Origin: a virus
Lineage: Duplodnaviria > Caudoviricetes
IMG/VR virus record: IMGVR_UViG_3300028888_000122
Coordinates: 7,976-71,975 of that record
Strand: one strand, 5' to 3'
DNA length: 64,000 nucleotides
Shown here: one piece after another, positions 55,025 through 62,524 of the stretch
How positions within the stretch are numbered: the stretch's first letter is position 1
Layout of the letters: each line of letters starts with the position of its first letter
The notes under the pieces: model-generated
Databases searched by the model: none
Told to the model about the DNA's origin: nothing
Seen by the model: the letters and a program-made list of their open reading frames with translations, nothing else
Program-made: the position numbers and the translations under genes

Positions 55025-55372
55025 TTAATGGTTAAACAAATTCTTGTCTTGGTTTAACAATTCAGGTTTAATCTCGCCATACAGGTAGTCGTCGGTGCAC
55101 ATGAAGCAGAAATAGTCCGCCATAGGCTTGCCTTTCCAATACGGAACTGTTACGTATCCGTTTTGTTTCCACTCGTTCTCATAGCGCCCATCATCAATCT
55201 CTGTGTGATTGAACACGTTGCAGTTAATGGCGCGAACTGCATATTCTTCGTAATCATAGAATAATCCTACGCCTGACATGCAGAGTGCAGCAATCGCATT
55301 CTCTGCGAGTTCCAACAATGCCTTTTGCTCAGGAGTGAGTTGGATGAGTTTTTTGATGATTTCTTCATTCAT
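55025..55372 (-). CDS. Hypothetical protein ending DKNLFNH
   Basis: Start reassigned to MNEE. Confidence 0.65.
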   Translation of the reverse strand: MNEEIIKKLIQLTPEQKALLELAENAIAALCMSGVGLFYDYEEYAVRAINCNVFNHTEIDDGRYENEWKQNGYVTVPYWKGKPMADYFCFMCTDDYLYGEIKPELLNQDKNLFNH

Positions 55373-55404
55373 AGTCGTAAAGTTTAAGTTAATAATGTTC
55401 ATTG

Positions 55405-55462
55405 CCGCCCGCAGAATATCCGATATTCACGCGCGTCTGTTTTCAACGCGCTATGCGGGCGA
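55405..55462 (-). ncRNA. Unassigned three-way-junction RNA, motif A copy 2
   Basis: P1 TCGCCCGCA/TGCGGGCGG; P2 GCGCGT-TGAAAACAG-ACGCGC; P3 GAATAT/ATATTC. Confidence 0.65.
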
Positions 55463-55466
55463 GTCC

Positions 55467-55760
55467 TTAAAAGAGGTTCTTGTCTTGCTTTTGGAAGTTT
55501 CCTTCCAGCCAACGGATGGAATAGTTACATACCGCTTCAACGTACTCATGGTACAGGTAGCATAAAATGCGGGTCTTCGGACTGTCATAGTTGCCCCACA
55601 TATCAACGATACACAACTCGTCGCCTTGTAATTTCAGTCCGAGCAGGTCTGGCTCGCCAGATTTGTCATCGTACGGAAGAGTGAGATGCAGCGGTTTGGG
55701 AAACATTATCGTTCCTCCGTTTTTCTTGCAGTAATCAATAAGGGTTTCAATCTTGTCCAT
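55467..55760 (-). CDS. Hypothetical protein ending DKNLF
   Basis: Start reassigned to MDKIET. Confidence 0.65.
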   Translation of the reverse strand: MDKIETLIDYCKKNGGTIMFPKPLHLTLPYDDKSGEPDLLGLKLQGDELCIVDMWGNYDSPKTRILCYLYHEYVEAVCNYSIRWLEGNFQKQDKNLF

Positions 55761-55786
55761 ATCAAAGTTGATTTTAATAGTTAGTA

Positions 55787-55842
55787 CATTGCTGTGCGTG
55801 TGCTCTCGCTGCACAATGCGCGGTCGTACCGCTCACGCACAA
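55787..55842 (-). ncRNA. Unassigned three-way-junction RNA, motif B copy 1
   Basis: TTGTGCGT-GA-GCGG-TACGA-CCGC-GCATT-GTGC-AGCGAGA-GCAC-ACGCACAG-CAATG. Confidence 0.65.
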
Positions 55843-55847
55843 TCCGA

Positions 55848-56096
55848 TTAGAACAGGTTTCTGTCGATGAACACCTCACCCGACAGTTTCTCGAGTATCT
55901 CTTTCTTGGTCTCGCAGGGCAGCCCCGAGAAGCAGAACAAAAGACCTGGTGTGCTTACGTACACGTACCCATTGAAAAGTGTGAAATGCTCTATGCGATG
56001 TTTAGACGCCAACGTCTCAATATACAGCACTGCTTTCGGCTTGTAACTTCCGCCAGCGTTAAACAGGAATTTTTTCAGTCTTTCTTCCATGATCAA
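55848..56096 (-). CDS. Hypothetical protein ending DRNLF
   Basis: Clean coupled ORF. Confidence 0.6.
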   Translation of the reverse strand: MIMEERLKKFLFNAGGSYKPKAVLYIETLASKHRIEHFTLFNGYVYVSTPGLLFCFSGLPCETKKEILEKLSGEVFIDRNLF

Positions 56097-56356
56097 AACA
56101 GGTTCTTGTCACGCTTTGGCGCTTTGATGGCGTTATACACGTCGGTGATATATTCGTCTTGGCAATTGTCGAGTTCGAACTCGCCTTCCTCGCCTCCTGG
56201 AAACGTTGAGTATGTGATATACACTTTGCCAGCGCAAATACTCAAACCGAGGATGTTGACAAGTTCACCGTCGTACATGTCGATGTACTCATAGGTGCCG
56301 GCATCCCCGCTCTCGATGAGAGCGCGGATTTCGCTAATCATTTGCTTGGTATCCAT
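56093..56356 (-). CDS. Hypothetical protein ending DKNLF
   Basis: Clean ORF. Confidence 0.65.
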   Translation of the reverse strand: MDTKQMISEIRALIESGDAGTYEYIDMYDGELVNILGLSICAGKVYITYSTFPGGEEGEFELDNCQDEYITDVYNAIKAPKRDKNLF

Positions 56357-56360
56357 AATA

Positions 56361-56639
56361 CTAAAACATGTTTTTGTCGATTTTGATGTTCTCTCGAATT
56401 TTCGCGATTAGCGATTGGAGATAGTCGATGTCGTGATCACGCAAGTAGTCGTTGCGATAGTTAAATTGTCCAAGCCTCACGCTGTACTGGTCGAAAAAGA
56501 CATCGTTGTCTTCAACGTGGATGTTCTGAGCCCGTAGGATGTTGGTCATTGAGCCATACTGCACATCGAAATGCAGGCCATTGAGCAGGCCTTTCTCACA
56601 ATACGTTTTGATTTCACTGATGATTTCTTTTGTATTCAT
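56361..56639 (-). CDS. Hypothetical protein ending DKNMF
   Basis: Clean ORF. Confidence 0.65.
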   Translation of the reverse strand: MNTKEIISEIKTYCEKGLLNGLHFDVQYGSMTNILRAQNIHVEDNDVFFDQYSVRLGQFNYRNDYLRDHDIDYLQSLIAKIRENIKIDKNMF

Positions 56640-56663
56640 ATCGTCAAAGTTTAAAAGTTAGTA

Positions 56664-56717
56664 CATTGTCAGGGCGGGGAGTTGCGGACTCCCTACAACG
56701 CTCGTACTTCGCCCCGA
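56664..56717 (-). ncRNA. Unassigned structured RNA in a ribozyme slot
   Basis: TCGGGGCG/CGCCCTGA enclosing AAGTACGAGCGTTGTA and GGGAGT/ACTCCC; ends CAATG like motif B. Confidence 0.5.
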
Positions 56718-56721
56718 TTGA

Positions 56722-57012
56722 TTAGAAGAGATTTTTGTCACGAGGATTTAATAAATCCTTGACCTGGTCGTAGATGTAGGCTGCGTTGCGCACTCCCTTG
56801 CTGTCGTAGTCGTACAGATGATACCCTTCCGGTGCGTTACACGCAGGCGTGCTGTACATTATCACTTGCGAGTCGGTTGGATATGCCCATATCTCGACAA
56901 CTTCATACTCGTTCCACGAGTCATCTAAACACAGCCGAACGTTAGGCGTTTTCAACGGCCCGTTCTCTCGGAGCAGGCTCCATAATTCTTTGAATTTTTC
57001 TGAGTGTGTCAT
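56722..57012 (-). CDS. Hypothetical protein ending DKNLF
   Basis: Clean ORF. Confidence 0.65.
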   Translation of the reverse strand: MTHSEKFKELWSLLRENGPLKTPNVRLCLDDSWNEYEVVEIWAYPTDSQVIMYSTPACNAPEGYHLYDYDSKGVRNAAYIYDQVKDLLNPRDKNLF

Positions 57013-57041
57013 AACTGATTGAATTTAAAGTTAGTAATTAG

Positions 57042-57093
57042 CATTGGTGGGCGGTCTCGCTCCGCCATGCCAGGTCGTTCCTGTCACACCAAT
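57042..57093 (-). ncRNA. Unassigned three-way-junction RNA, motif B copy 2
   Basis: ATTGGTG-TGA-CAGG-AACGA-CCTG-GCAT-GGCGG-AGCGAGA-CCGCC-CACCAAT-G. Confidence 0.65.
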
Positions 57094-57101
57094 CCATTGT
57101 G

Positions 57102-58166
57102 TCATTTCACCTCGGCGACCTCCTCCGCATCGCAGTAGTAACACTCGAGATGCTGGAGTGCGTCCTCAAAATCGTAGTAGTTGAGGTCGGGAAATTCAGC
57201 CTTCCACGAATCGTAGAAACCGACAACGTCGAAACCGTCGGGATCGTTGTACCAATCCAGGTACATCATCTCAACGAGTTCATCGAATTGCCTGGCAATC
57301 TCTCCATCTTCTGCATCACCGCTCATAGAGCGCGACGAAGGCCACGAATCGTAGATGTCTCCGTATCCGTACCAATCATCATCGTTCCAGCCCCTGTGGA
57401 AGCCACCGTAGACGGAATAACTGCGTTGCGCCTTGTGCGGACACACATCGGTCACTGTGTCGATGATGTGGAACACCAGGTCACGGCAGTTGCACAACTC
57501 TGAGAAAATCGTCGTTTCCTCGCTTGTGTGCGGATTGTAGTAACCGCACGACAGGTTACACGCAGCGACAGAGAGCCCGCGCGACTTGAGTTCCATGACA
57601 TCGGTCATCATCCCCGTGGCTTTCTTGTAGCCGAAACGCGCCATGTCAATCTTTGACATAAAACCATCGTCGCACAGTTCCCATCCGCTGGCGTTGCTGA
57701 TGAAGTCAGACGAGCCACGGCGGTCGCATTGGACAACAAAACGGCAGTCGCTGAAAAACGACATATCGGCCTGGCTGCTGCCCACGCATCCGATTTCCTC
57801 GCCCACGAACAGGGCGACTTTCACAGCGTCATACCTGAGCAAGCACTGCATGGCTACCCAGATGCCGTTCTTGTCGTCGGCACCGATGCCATACTGCGAC
57901 TTGCTGTCAAGGTCGAAACCGAAGATATAGTCGTCGGCTCTCGCCACGCGGAATTGGTTGTTTCGTTCGCGGTGCACCTCGTCGATGTGAGCGACAACGC
58001 AGGGAAAACTCTCTGCTATGCCCTTTGTGACGTATATGCCGCTCTGGTCGCTAACGACCTTTGCCGACGGCACATTCTCCTTGAGCCAGCCCTTGAGATA
58101 CTTGCGCATCTTTTTCTCCTGACCACTGTGACTTGACACGTAATAAAGTTTGATTAAATCTTTCAT
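57102..58166 (-). CDS. M20/M28-family zinc peptidase-like protein
   Basis: VAHIDEVH, GADDKNG, GEEIGC, YYNPHT metal-ligand motifs. Confidence 0.8.
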   Translation of the reverse strand: MKDLIKLYYVSSHSGQEKKMRKYLKGWLKENVPSAKVVSDQSGIYVTKGIAESFPCVVAHIDEVHRERNNQFRVARADDYIFGFDLDSKSQYGIGADDKNGIWVAMQCLLRYDAVKVALFVGEEIGCVGSSQADMSFFSDCRFVVQCDRRGSSDFISNASGWELCDDGFMSKIDMARFGYKKATGMMTDVMELKSRGLSVAACNLSCGYYNPHTSEETTIFSELCNCRDLVFHIIDTVTDVCPHKAQRSYSVYGGFHRGWNDDDWYGYGDIYDSWPSSRSMSGDAEDGEIARQFDELVEMMYLDWYNDPDGFDVVGFYDSWKAEFPDLNYYDFEDALQHLECYYCDAEEVAEVK

Positions 58167-58200
58167 AATAGTACACTGATTAAAGTTAGTAAAAGTTAGT

Positions 58201-58245
58201 TTGTTCCCGGGCGGGGAATCGAACCCCGCCGAAAACCATTCGGGA
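58201..58245 (-). ncRNA. Minimal tRNA mimic (5-bp acceptor + 7-bp T-stem)
   Basis: TCCCG-AATGGTTTTC-GGCGGGG-TTCGATT-CCCCGCC-CGGGA-ACAA. Confidence 0.65.
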
Positions 58246-58247
58246 GA

Positions 58248-59858
58248 TTAGGCAACGTCAGCCAGGTAGTACGTGCCGCAGATTTCAACGCAGTCGTCGG
58301 ACAGCGCATCGACGAACTTGCCGAAACGCCTGTCAAACGCGCGCACGCAGTCGTCCTTGTGGAAGAAATGTCCATCGATCTTGACTGCGTCTTCGAGGAG
58401 AATGGTCTCGCAGTTGTTGGTCTCGACGGTCTCGCTCTCGAGCGCATAAGCCCACGAGCCATAGATGTCATAGTCGAGTTCCTTGCACTCGTCGCTGGGA
58501 GCGTACTCGCCCTCGTGCTCACCGTGAGAGAGTTCGTAGCAATCGTCTCGCAACACATTACGGTCATCGTAATCCGTGACGAGATCATCGTCATCATAGT
58601 AGGCGTATTGTCCCTCGTGCTCGCCAGCTTCGATGATACGCGCGTCGTCGAAGTGACAATAGGTGTTGTCGTAGAGGCAATAGGTATCATCGCACAGGTA
58701 GTACGAATCAGTGTGCTCGCAATAGTACGCATCGTCTTCGTGGCACCACATGTCACGATATTCGAGATACACGCAGTCGTCGTCGTCGTACCACTCATCG
58801 TCACGCTCTACGTAGCGCTCTCCGTCACGGAGTTCTCCGTCACGTCCTCGCTGGCCAGGAACGATACGTCCCGTGATAGCGAGGTCGATGTCGCCGTCGC
58901 AGGTTTCCCAATTGACGGCACGCTCATCGTCGCATTGGAGCCAGCGGAAACCGTCCTGGAACGAGAGCGTGTCGCCCGGCTGTGCCGTGCAGCGCACCCA
59001 CAGTCGGCTGTTGTTGAGTTTCGTTCCGTCCAACAGGACGTACGAGCGGTTATCCCAACAAGAGCACTCGAACTGCTTGTGTCCGTCAATCTTGTTCTGC
59101 TCGGCGAGCAAATAGATCAACTGTCGGCGCGCCTCGGAGTTCTCTCCGTACTGACGCTCAGCCAGCCTGTACGTCTTCTCGCTGTGATCCTCGTCGTGAA
59201 CAGCCGTCCACACGATACAACGAGCGATGAGTTTATCTCCGTCCCACAGCCCTGCTGCAAGCGCGTCAGGCATAGAGTCGCGGTAGAATTTCCACTGACC
59301 CTTGTCGTTCATGCACGAGCCGAAATTGCTGTGTCCGCTGTAGATTTTCTCGAAATCCCTGTCGAGCGTCAGACGGTAGCGCCCGTCGCCCGCGTGACCG
59401 GCACGATAGATGGCGCTGAGTTGCTCAGCGAAATACACGCGCACGGGTTCGGGATATTCGGGATGCGTCTCGTCGATGATACGGCGGAAAAACTTCCCGC
59501 ATTTCATCTTGAAGACACGGTTCACGTCACACTTGACGTAACGGATGCTCAGCGGGTCTCCGTCAGCGCACACACCGTTGCGGTCGTCCGTCTTGTACAC
59601 TTCGCTGTGAGCGTAGATGTACTTGTCGGTCAGTTCCTCGGGTTTCCCCTGGATGTGGATGCTGATGTTAGGCTCGCTTACGGCATCGTCGCGGAAACGC
59701 TTGCCGACGTAGTTTACCACGCCCTGCAGATCGTCCACGGCGACAGCCTCGTCGTCGTTGTTCTCAAAACCCCACGCCCAGAGGGCTGTGATGATGTTTG
59801 AGTACGTACGGTTACCTTTTCTCTCCTCGATTCTCTTGATTAATTCTTCTTGTTCCAT
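58248..59858 (-). CDS. Large protein with a PcfJ-like region and an acidic Cys/His/Tyr repeat C-terminus
   Basis: SCMNDKG...IARCIVW...LAERQY; repeated DDCV/CxxT units; start reassigned to MEQEE. Confidence 0.65.
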   Translation of the reverse strand: MEQEELIKRIEERKGNRTYSNIITALWAWGFENNDDEAVAVDDLQGVVNYVGKRFRDDAVSEPNISIHIQGKPEELTDKYIYAHSEVYKTDDRNGVCADGDPLSIRYVKCDVNRVFKMKCGKFFRRIIDETHPEYPEPVRVYFAEQLSAIYRAGHAGDGRYRLTLDRDFEKIYSGHSNFGSCMNDKGQWKFYRDSMPDALAAGLWDGDKLIARCIVWTAVHDEDHSEKTYRLAERQYGENSEARRQLIYLLAEQNKIDGHKQFECSCWDNRSYVLLDGTKLNNSRLWVRCTAQPGDTLSFQDGFRWLQCDDERAVNWETCDGDIDLAITGRIVPGQRGRDGELRDGERYVERDDEWYDDDDCVYLEYRDMWCHEDDAYYCEHTDSYYLCDDTYCLYDNTYCHFDDARIIEAGEHEGQYAYYDDDDLVTDYDDRNVLRDDCYELSHGEHEGEYAPSDECKELDYDIYGSWAYALESETVETNNCETILLEDAVKIDGHFFHKDDCVRAFDRRFGKFVDALSDDCVEICGTYYLADVA

Positions 59859-59891
59859 AACGAAAAAACTGATTAGTTGATAAAAGTTAGC

Positions 59892-59938
59892 TGTGTTCCC
59901 TGTGGAAGAGTCGGACTGCCACAAAGCACCATGCAGGG
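59892..59938 (-). ncRNA. Minimal tRNA mimic (5-bp acceptor + 7-bp T-stem)
   Basis: TCCCT-GCATGGTGCTTT-GTGGCAG-TCCGACT-CTTCCAC-AGGGA-ACAC. Confidence 0.55.
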
Positions 59939-59942
59939 AAAA

Positions 59943-60320
59943 TTAGGCGACAAACAGGTTTTTGTCGCGCTTTCTGTCTGAGCGGGTAGTGGGGCGCTCG
60001 TAGTCGCGCAGAATGCTCTGGAGCGGGGCGTCGGTAAATTGCATACCCGTATCCCAATACCACACTCCACGACATTGGTAGATGCTCCTGTTGAAGCGTT
60101 CGAGCAGAGCGTTCAACCTGGATTTGGTTGTTCGTGTGCGCCAACCAGCTGACGAGAGGTAAAGAACTGACGCGTGTAGATGAACAAGCGCAATCAAATT
60201 CTCGTGCAGATACACAGCAGCGAGCGTTCCGTTCGCAACTATCTCGACGCGCGTGTTAGAGCGACGCCAATTACGCCGAAGGCTTATAGCCTCCAGCATT
60301 TCTTGTTCGATAATTTTCAT
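59943..60320 (-). CDS. Hypothetical protein ending DKNLFVA
   Basis: LHENLIA...SSAGWRTRTTKSRLNALL motif. Confidence 0.7.
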   Translation of the reverse strand: MKIIEQEMLEAISLRRNWRRSNTRVEIVANGTLAAVYLHENLIALVHLHASVLYLSSAGWRTRTTKSRLNALLERFNRSIYQCRGVWYWDTGMQFTDAPLQSILRDYERPTTRSDRKRDKNLFVA

Positions 60321-60348
60321 GATTTTCTATGATTTAGTAGTTAGTATT

Positions 60349-60412
60349 GTTCTGGACGGCTGCGACGCGCACAGCCGTTTCGTCGCAATTTCCAGCGACT
60401 CGTCAGCAGAAC
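60349..60412 (-). ncRNA. Type I hammerhead ribozyme 5 (GUC site)
   Basis: GTTCTG-CTGACGA-GTCGC/GCGAC-GAAA-CGGCTG/CAGCCG-TC-CAGAAC. Confidence 0.92.
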
Positions 60413-60877
60413 TTAGGACATTGGCTTGCCAACGATGTACTCTAATTGTTCAGCAAGCAATTTGTCGGTGTCGCCATAATTAAGAAGGAGGGATTTTAGT
60501 GGGCCGATTTCAATCAAATGAGCGCGGTGTTCTTTCTCGTTATAGTAATACACGAGCTCTTCGTCTCCTTTGCTCGCGCATTCTTTTTGCACCCACTCCT
60601 CGTGCTCGGCTGTAAACCTACTGTCGTCACACAGGAGAAAATACTCGGCGTCTGAGAAATCGCGATACGGTTGAAACGCTAACGCTTTCAACACGTTGCG
60701 CACGCACCCAACGAAATTGCTCGAATAAACCTCTGGCGCGTTGGCGATGACTAACTTGTTGCCGTCAACAGCGTCTATACCGCAGATAAACTCGGGATAT
60801 CTCCCACCTTTGCGCATAACACGCAGCGCCATCAAATCAGTGACGGGCGCTTGGATTTTAAGATTGAAAATTTGCAT
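60413..60877 (-). CDS. Hypothetical protein
   Basis: Start reassigned to MQIFNL. Confidence 0.65.
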   Translation of the reverse strand: MQIFNLKIQAPVTDLMALRVMRKGGRYPEFICGIDAVDGNKLVIANAPEVYSSNFVGCVRNVLKALAFQPYRDFSDAEYFLLCDDSRFTAEHEEWVQKECASKGDEELVYYYNEKEHRAHLIEIGPLKSLLLNYGDTDKLLAEQLEYIVGKPMS

Positions 60878-60908
60878 AATTCTTCTCTGATTAAAGTTAG
60901 TATTGTTT

Positions 60909-60972
60909 GTTCCAGACGCTGTCAACGCGTGACAGCGTTTCGTCGCAATTTTCAGCGACTCATCAGTGGAAC
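60909..60972 (-). ncRNA. Type I hammerhead ribozyme 6 (GUC site; predicted cut between 60915 and 60914)
   Basis: GTTCCA-CTGATGA-GTCGC/GCGAC-GAAA-CGCTGTCA/TGACAGCG-TC-TGGAAC. Confidence 0.93.
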
Positions 60973-61350
60973 TTAGATGACCAAAATGTTGTCGCTAACT
61001 CCGAGCAAACGCAACAGGTGTTGCAATTCGTGGACGTAGTGAAACACGATGGCGTTTGTGCAAAACTCATTCATCTCGAGCGTGGTCACGATGTCGATGC
61101 GACCTCTAAACCATACGTAGTTTTCGCCGATGTCGTTCGCTATCTCCTTTCGCCAGCCACTTCTCTCCAAAATATCCGCAGTCAGCGGAAGCGGAGAAAT
61201 CTCGTCTTCGTGGAATTTGTCAGCATAAATGCTTCCCCAGGTTTTGCGGAAATCGTGCAGCGACAATTCGTGCAGCCAAATCATGTCAACTCGTTTAGGC
61301 ACACCGTCGTGCAGTACGAGGTCGTTTAGCATTAAATCTTTTGCTTTCAT
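60973..61350 (-). CDS. YopX-like protein, paralog of 44426-44824
   Basis: DLMLNDLV...SPLPLTADIL...YVHELQHLLRLLG. Confidence 0.6.
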   Translation of the reverse strand: MKAKDLMLNDLVLHDGVPKRVDMIWLHELSLHDFRKTWGSIYADKFHEDEISPLPLTADILERSGWRKEIANDIGENYVWFRGRIDIVTTLEMNEFCTNAIVFHYVHELQHLLRLLGVSDNILVI

Positions 61351-61371
61351 AATCGTTCGGTTTTAACTGGT

Positions 61372-61854
61372 TTAGCAACCGCGCAGGTCGTAGAGTTTCT
61401 GCCTGAGGTCGTGCCACAATACGTCACACTCGCACTCGAGCGATTGTGTACGCTTGCGCAGTTGTTCATACAATGGATTGAGCAGATTGTGGGCGTACAG
61501 CATCCTGGCTCGCTGCAGGGCGAACTGCAAATCCTGCACACACCGCATCAGCGGCTCGATGTCGTTCTCCTGGAGTTGGTCGAACTCGATTTCACGCTCG
61601 CTCTTGCGGTGCGCGGTAAAATACAGCACACGACCGCTCGGGCATTTCACGTAGAACTCGTCAAGCGGAGCCCTGCGAGATGAAAGCCTGTAGCCGTTGA
61701 ACTCCTGCACACGAAGTTCGTCGCTCCAACACTTTTCCCATGACTCGTAGATTTCCTGGCTCTCGTGCGTGTAGATGTAAATCCACAAACCGCCGTCAAT
61801 CTCTCCGCGCATTGCGCTCTCGTCAATCTGTTGTGATAATGTTTCGATTAGCAT
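61372..61854 (-). CDS. Hypothetical protein
   Basis: Downstream of the pistol ribozyme. Confidence 0.65.
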   Translation of the reverse strand: MLIETLSQQIDESAMRGEIDGGLWIYIYTHESQEIYESWEKCWSDELRVQEFNGYRLSSRRAPLDEFYVKCPSGRVLYFTAHRKSEREIEFDQLQENDIEPLMRCVQDLQFALQRARMLYAHNLLNPLYEQLRKRTQSLECECDVLWHDLRQKLYDLRGC

Positions 61855-61881
61855 AATTTCTCTATTTTAAAGTTAGTAAAT

Positions 61882-61943
61882 GTTCACCCACATTTTTGTG
61901 ACGCTCTGAGCCTAAGAACCTGTTTTGAGTCGCTCAGACGACT
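61882..61943 (-). ncRNA. Pistol ribozyme
   Basis: P1 AGTCG/CGACT with loop TCTGAG pairing to CTCAGA (pseudoknot), AAAA linker, P2 GTTC/GAAC, GCGT, P3 CAC/GTG, GGT cleavage junction. Confidence 0.82.
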
Positions 61944-62062
61944 TTTTCTATCATTCATCGTACTTGAAATCCACGTGAACGAAACAAATCGTACTCGAAA
62001 AATTTCCAAGCACAATTTCAGCGGGGAAAACGCGTTTTTTACACGCTCTCCCCGCCTATTGT

Positions 62063-62281
62063 TCATCGTACTATCGGGCGTAACGATGACCGCCTGTGCG
62101 GTGGCATCGGTTTGTAGCGGATAACGTCGCCGGCAAAGTTCACTTTGTAAACCGTCGGTTCCCAACCCGTGTCAACTGTGACGTGGAACGTACACGCGCC
62201 GATCTGCTGGTAGTCAACAATCGGCTTGCCGATAATCTCGGAAAAGCGCTGGAGTTCGCGCTGAATCTGCATGTAACTCAT
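62063..62281 (-). CDS. Hypothetical protein
   Basis: Coupled ORF. Confidence 0.5.
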   Translation of the reverse strand: MSYMQIQRELQRFSEIIGKPIVDYQQIGACTFHVTVDTGWEPTVYKVNFAGDVIRYKPMPPHRRSSLRPIVR

Positions 62282-62283
62282 GA

Positions 62284-62496
62284 TTAGAAATCGTTTACGT
62301 CCATCGTTCCCTCGTTCATGTAGCGCAGGGAGTCAAGACAGATTAAACTCTTCTTGTTGCTCAACGGCACCTGGAAACAGTAGCATTTGCAGGCATTGAG
62401 GAGCCACATGATTTTCTCACACACACTCGTAGCGAGCTCGACTGAGCCCTCGTTGATGATTTCTTTGCGGATTTCGCAGAATTTGTCGATAGTCAT
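62284..62496 (-). CDS. Hypothetical protein
   Basis: TACTAAC leader. Confidence 0.55.
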   Translation of the reverse strand: MTIDKFCEIRKEIINEGSVELATSVCEKIMWLLNACKCYCFQVPLSNKKSLICLDSLRYMNEGTMDVNDF

Positions 62497-62524
62497 AATT
62501 CTCTATTTTAAAAGTTAGTAGTGT

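Noticed and set aside
50150-60972. CRISPR array suggested by recurring GTTTCGTCGC...CTCATCAG
   Set aside because: Copies are kilobases apart and are explained by hammerhead cores on the minus strand
54128-62520. TACTAAC as a spliceosomal branch point
   Set aside because: Bacterial phage context with no splice sites; coincidental identity
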